Below, one piece after another: positions 62,311 to 64,000 of a DNA stretch of 64,000 nt. The DNA is from Eledone cirrhosa (lineage: Eukaryota), in assembly GCA_964016885.1 (NCBI GenBank), contig OZ024751.1, positions 42,904,001-42,968,000 of the forward strand. The letters run 5' to 3'. Under the pieces are notes generated by a model, which had not been told where the DNA came from, made no database searches, and saw nothing but the letters and a program-made list of their open reading frames with translations. Within the stretch, counting starts at the first letter, position 1, and each line of letters opens with the position of its first letter. The translations under genes and the position numbers were made by a program.

Positions 62311-63007
62311 ATAGATACACACGCTCACACATATACACATATACACACAAGCAGACACACTCATGCACACAAAGACATACACACATACATACACACGGAC
62401 ACAGGCAGACTCATGAAACCAAAGACCTCTGTCGAACACACACACACACATGAACACAAATACAGAAACACGTACATCCATACACACACACATACAGTCA
62501 TACACATACACCCATATATACATACATGTAGAAACACATACGTGCACACAAAGACTCACACACAGACACACTCATGAAACCAAAGATAGAGACACATATA
62601 TGCACACACACACATACACACACACACAAAGCCACACACACACACATTTAGATACACACAAAGACACACTCATAAACACAAAGATAGACAGACACACACA
62701 AAGACACACACACACAAAGATACACACACACATACACACAGACACACCCACAGACACACACACAGACACACACATAGATACACACACACACACAAAGACA
62801 CACACACACACACACACACACAGACACACACACACACACATATAGATACACACACACACAAATTTTATTCATGGAATCGTGTTTCTAGAATCGGCAATGA
62901 TGAATTATTTGCTTTTCAGTTACTATGGCAACACACTCTATGTCATGTGACAGCTGGATTCATTCAACATTGCTACCCTTTCTTTTACTGTATCTCTCTA
63001 TTTCTTC

Positions 63008-63211
63008 CTGTTGTTGTTGCTGTTGTTGTTGTTGCTGTGCTCGTTGTTGGAGTTGTGCTCGTTCTTGGTGTTGTTGTTGTTGTGCTTGTTGTTGTAGATG
63101 TTGCAATTGTTATTGTTGTTGTTGTTGTTGTTGTTGTTGCTGTGCTCGTTGTTGTAGTTGTGCTCGTTCTTGGTGTTGTTGTTGTGCTTGTTGTTGCAGA
63201 TGTTGCAGTTG

Positions 63212-63243
<32 letters not shown>

Positions 63244-63263
63244 GGTGGTGGTGGTGGTGGTGG

Positions 63264-63294
<31 letters not shown>

Positions 63295-63364
63295 GCTGTT
63301 GTTGCTGATGGTGTTGATGTTCTTGATGCTGTTGTTGGTGTTGATAATGTTGTTGTTGTGCTTG

Positions 63365-63396
<32 letters not shown>

Positions 63397-63491
63397 GGTG
63401 GTGGTGGTGGTGGTGCTGTTGTTGCTGATGGATGGTGTTGATGTTCTTGATGCTGTTGTTGGTGTTGATAATGTTGTTGTTGTGCTTGTTG

Positions 63492-63523
<32 letters not shown>

Positions 63524-63934
63524 GGTGGTGGTGGTGGTGGTGGTGGTGGTGGTGGTGGTGGTGGTGGTGATGGTGGTGATGGTGGTGGTGGTGGTGGTGG
63601 TGGTGGTGGTGCTGTTGTTGCTGATGGATGGTGTTGATGTTCTTGATGCTGTTGTTGGTGTTGATAATGTTGTTGTTGTGCTTGTTGTTGTTGTTGTAGT
63701 TGTGCTCGTTGTTGTTGTTGTTGTTGATGATACTCTTGTAGATGTGCTTGTTGTAGATGTTGTAGTTGTAGTTGTTGTTGTGCTTGTTGTTGATGGTGTA
63801 GTTGCTTTTGTTGTTGTTTCTGATGTTGATGATGTTGTTGTTGTTGGTGGTGTTGGTGGTGGTAGTGCTGTTGTTGCTGATGGATGGTGCTGATGTTCTT
63901 GATGCTGTTGTTGGTGTTGATAATGTTGTTGTGC

Positions 63935-63987
<53 letters not shown>
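63008..63987. repeat. (GTT/GGT)n compound tract with a recurring block
   Basis: gctgatggatggtgttgatgttcttgatgctgttgttggtgttgataatg block occurs 4 times. Confidence 0.9.
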
Positions 63988-63988
<1 letters not shown>

Positions 63989-64000
63989 GAGAAAGGAAAT

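Overview
Eukaryotic, AT-rich, microsatellite-saturated, essentially non-coding DNA. It is very probably a cephalopod (Octopus-like) genome, inferred from tRNA-derived CORE-type SINEs and the repeat make-up. No intact protein-coding gene is recognisable, and nearly all listed ORFs are translations of simple repeats. Recognisable decayed elements are R4/Dong-like, CRE-like and Tx1-like LINE 3' ends, a mariner 5' end, more than 25 SINE copies or fragments, and several minisatellites. The main hidden signal is a set of small non-coding elements inserted in (TA)n tracts that carry minimal type I hammerhead ribozymes (HHRs) and have Penelope-like inverted-end plus 3'-tail architecture. The clearest is a retrozyme-like array at 38774-41917: about 8.3 apparently identical 310-bp units plus about 1.9 inverted units, 10 HHRs, a highly self-complementary monomer and a 35-nt tail. 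A second element (31961-32783) has a 525-nt monomer that starts exactly at its predicted cleavage site. In several families the inversion breakpoints map to HHR stems or cleavage sites. The cores include U3-A8 and U10.1-U11.1 variants, and several tails share a TAYYGAGYRC-like motif. All folds were read by eye; ribozyme activity and circRNA production are inferred, not shown.
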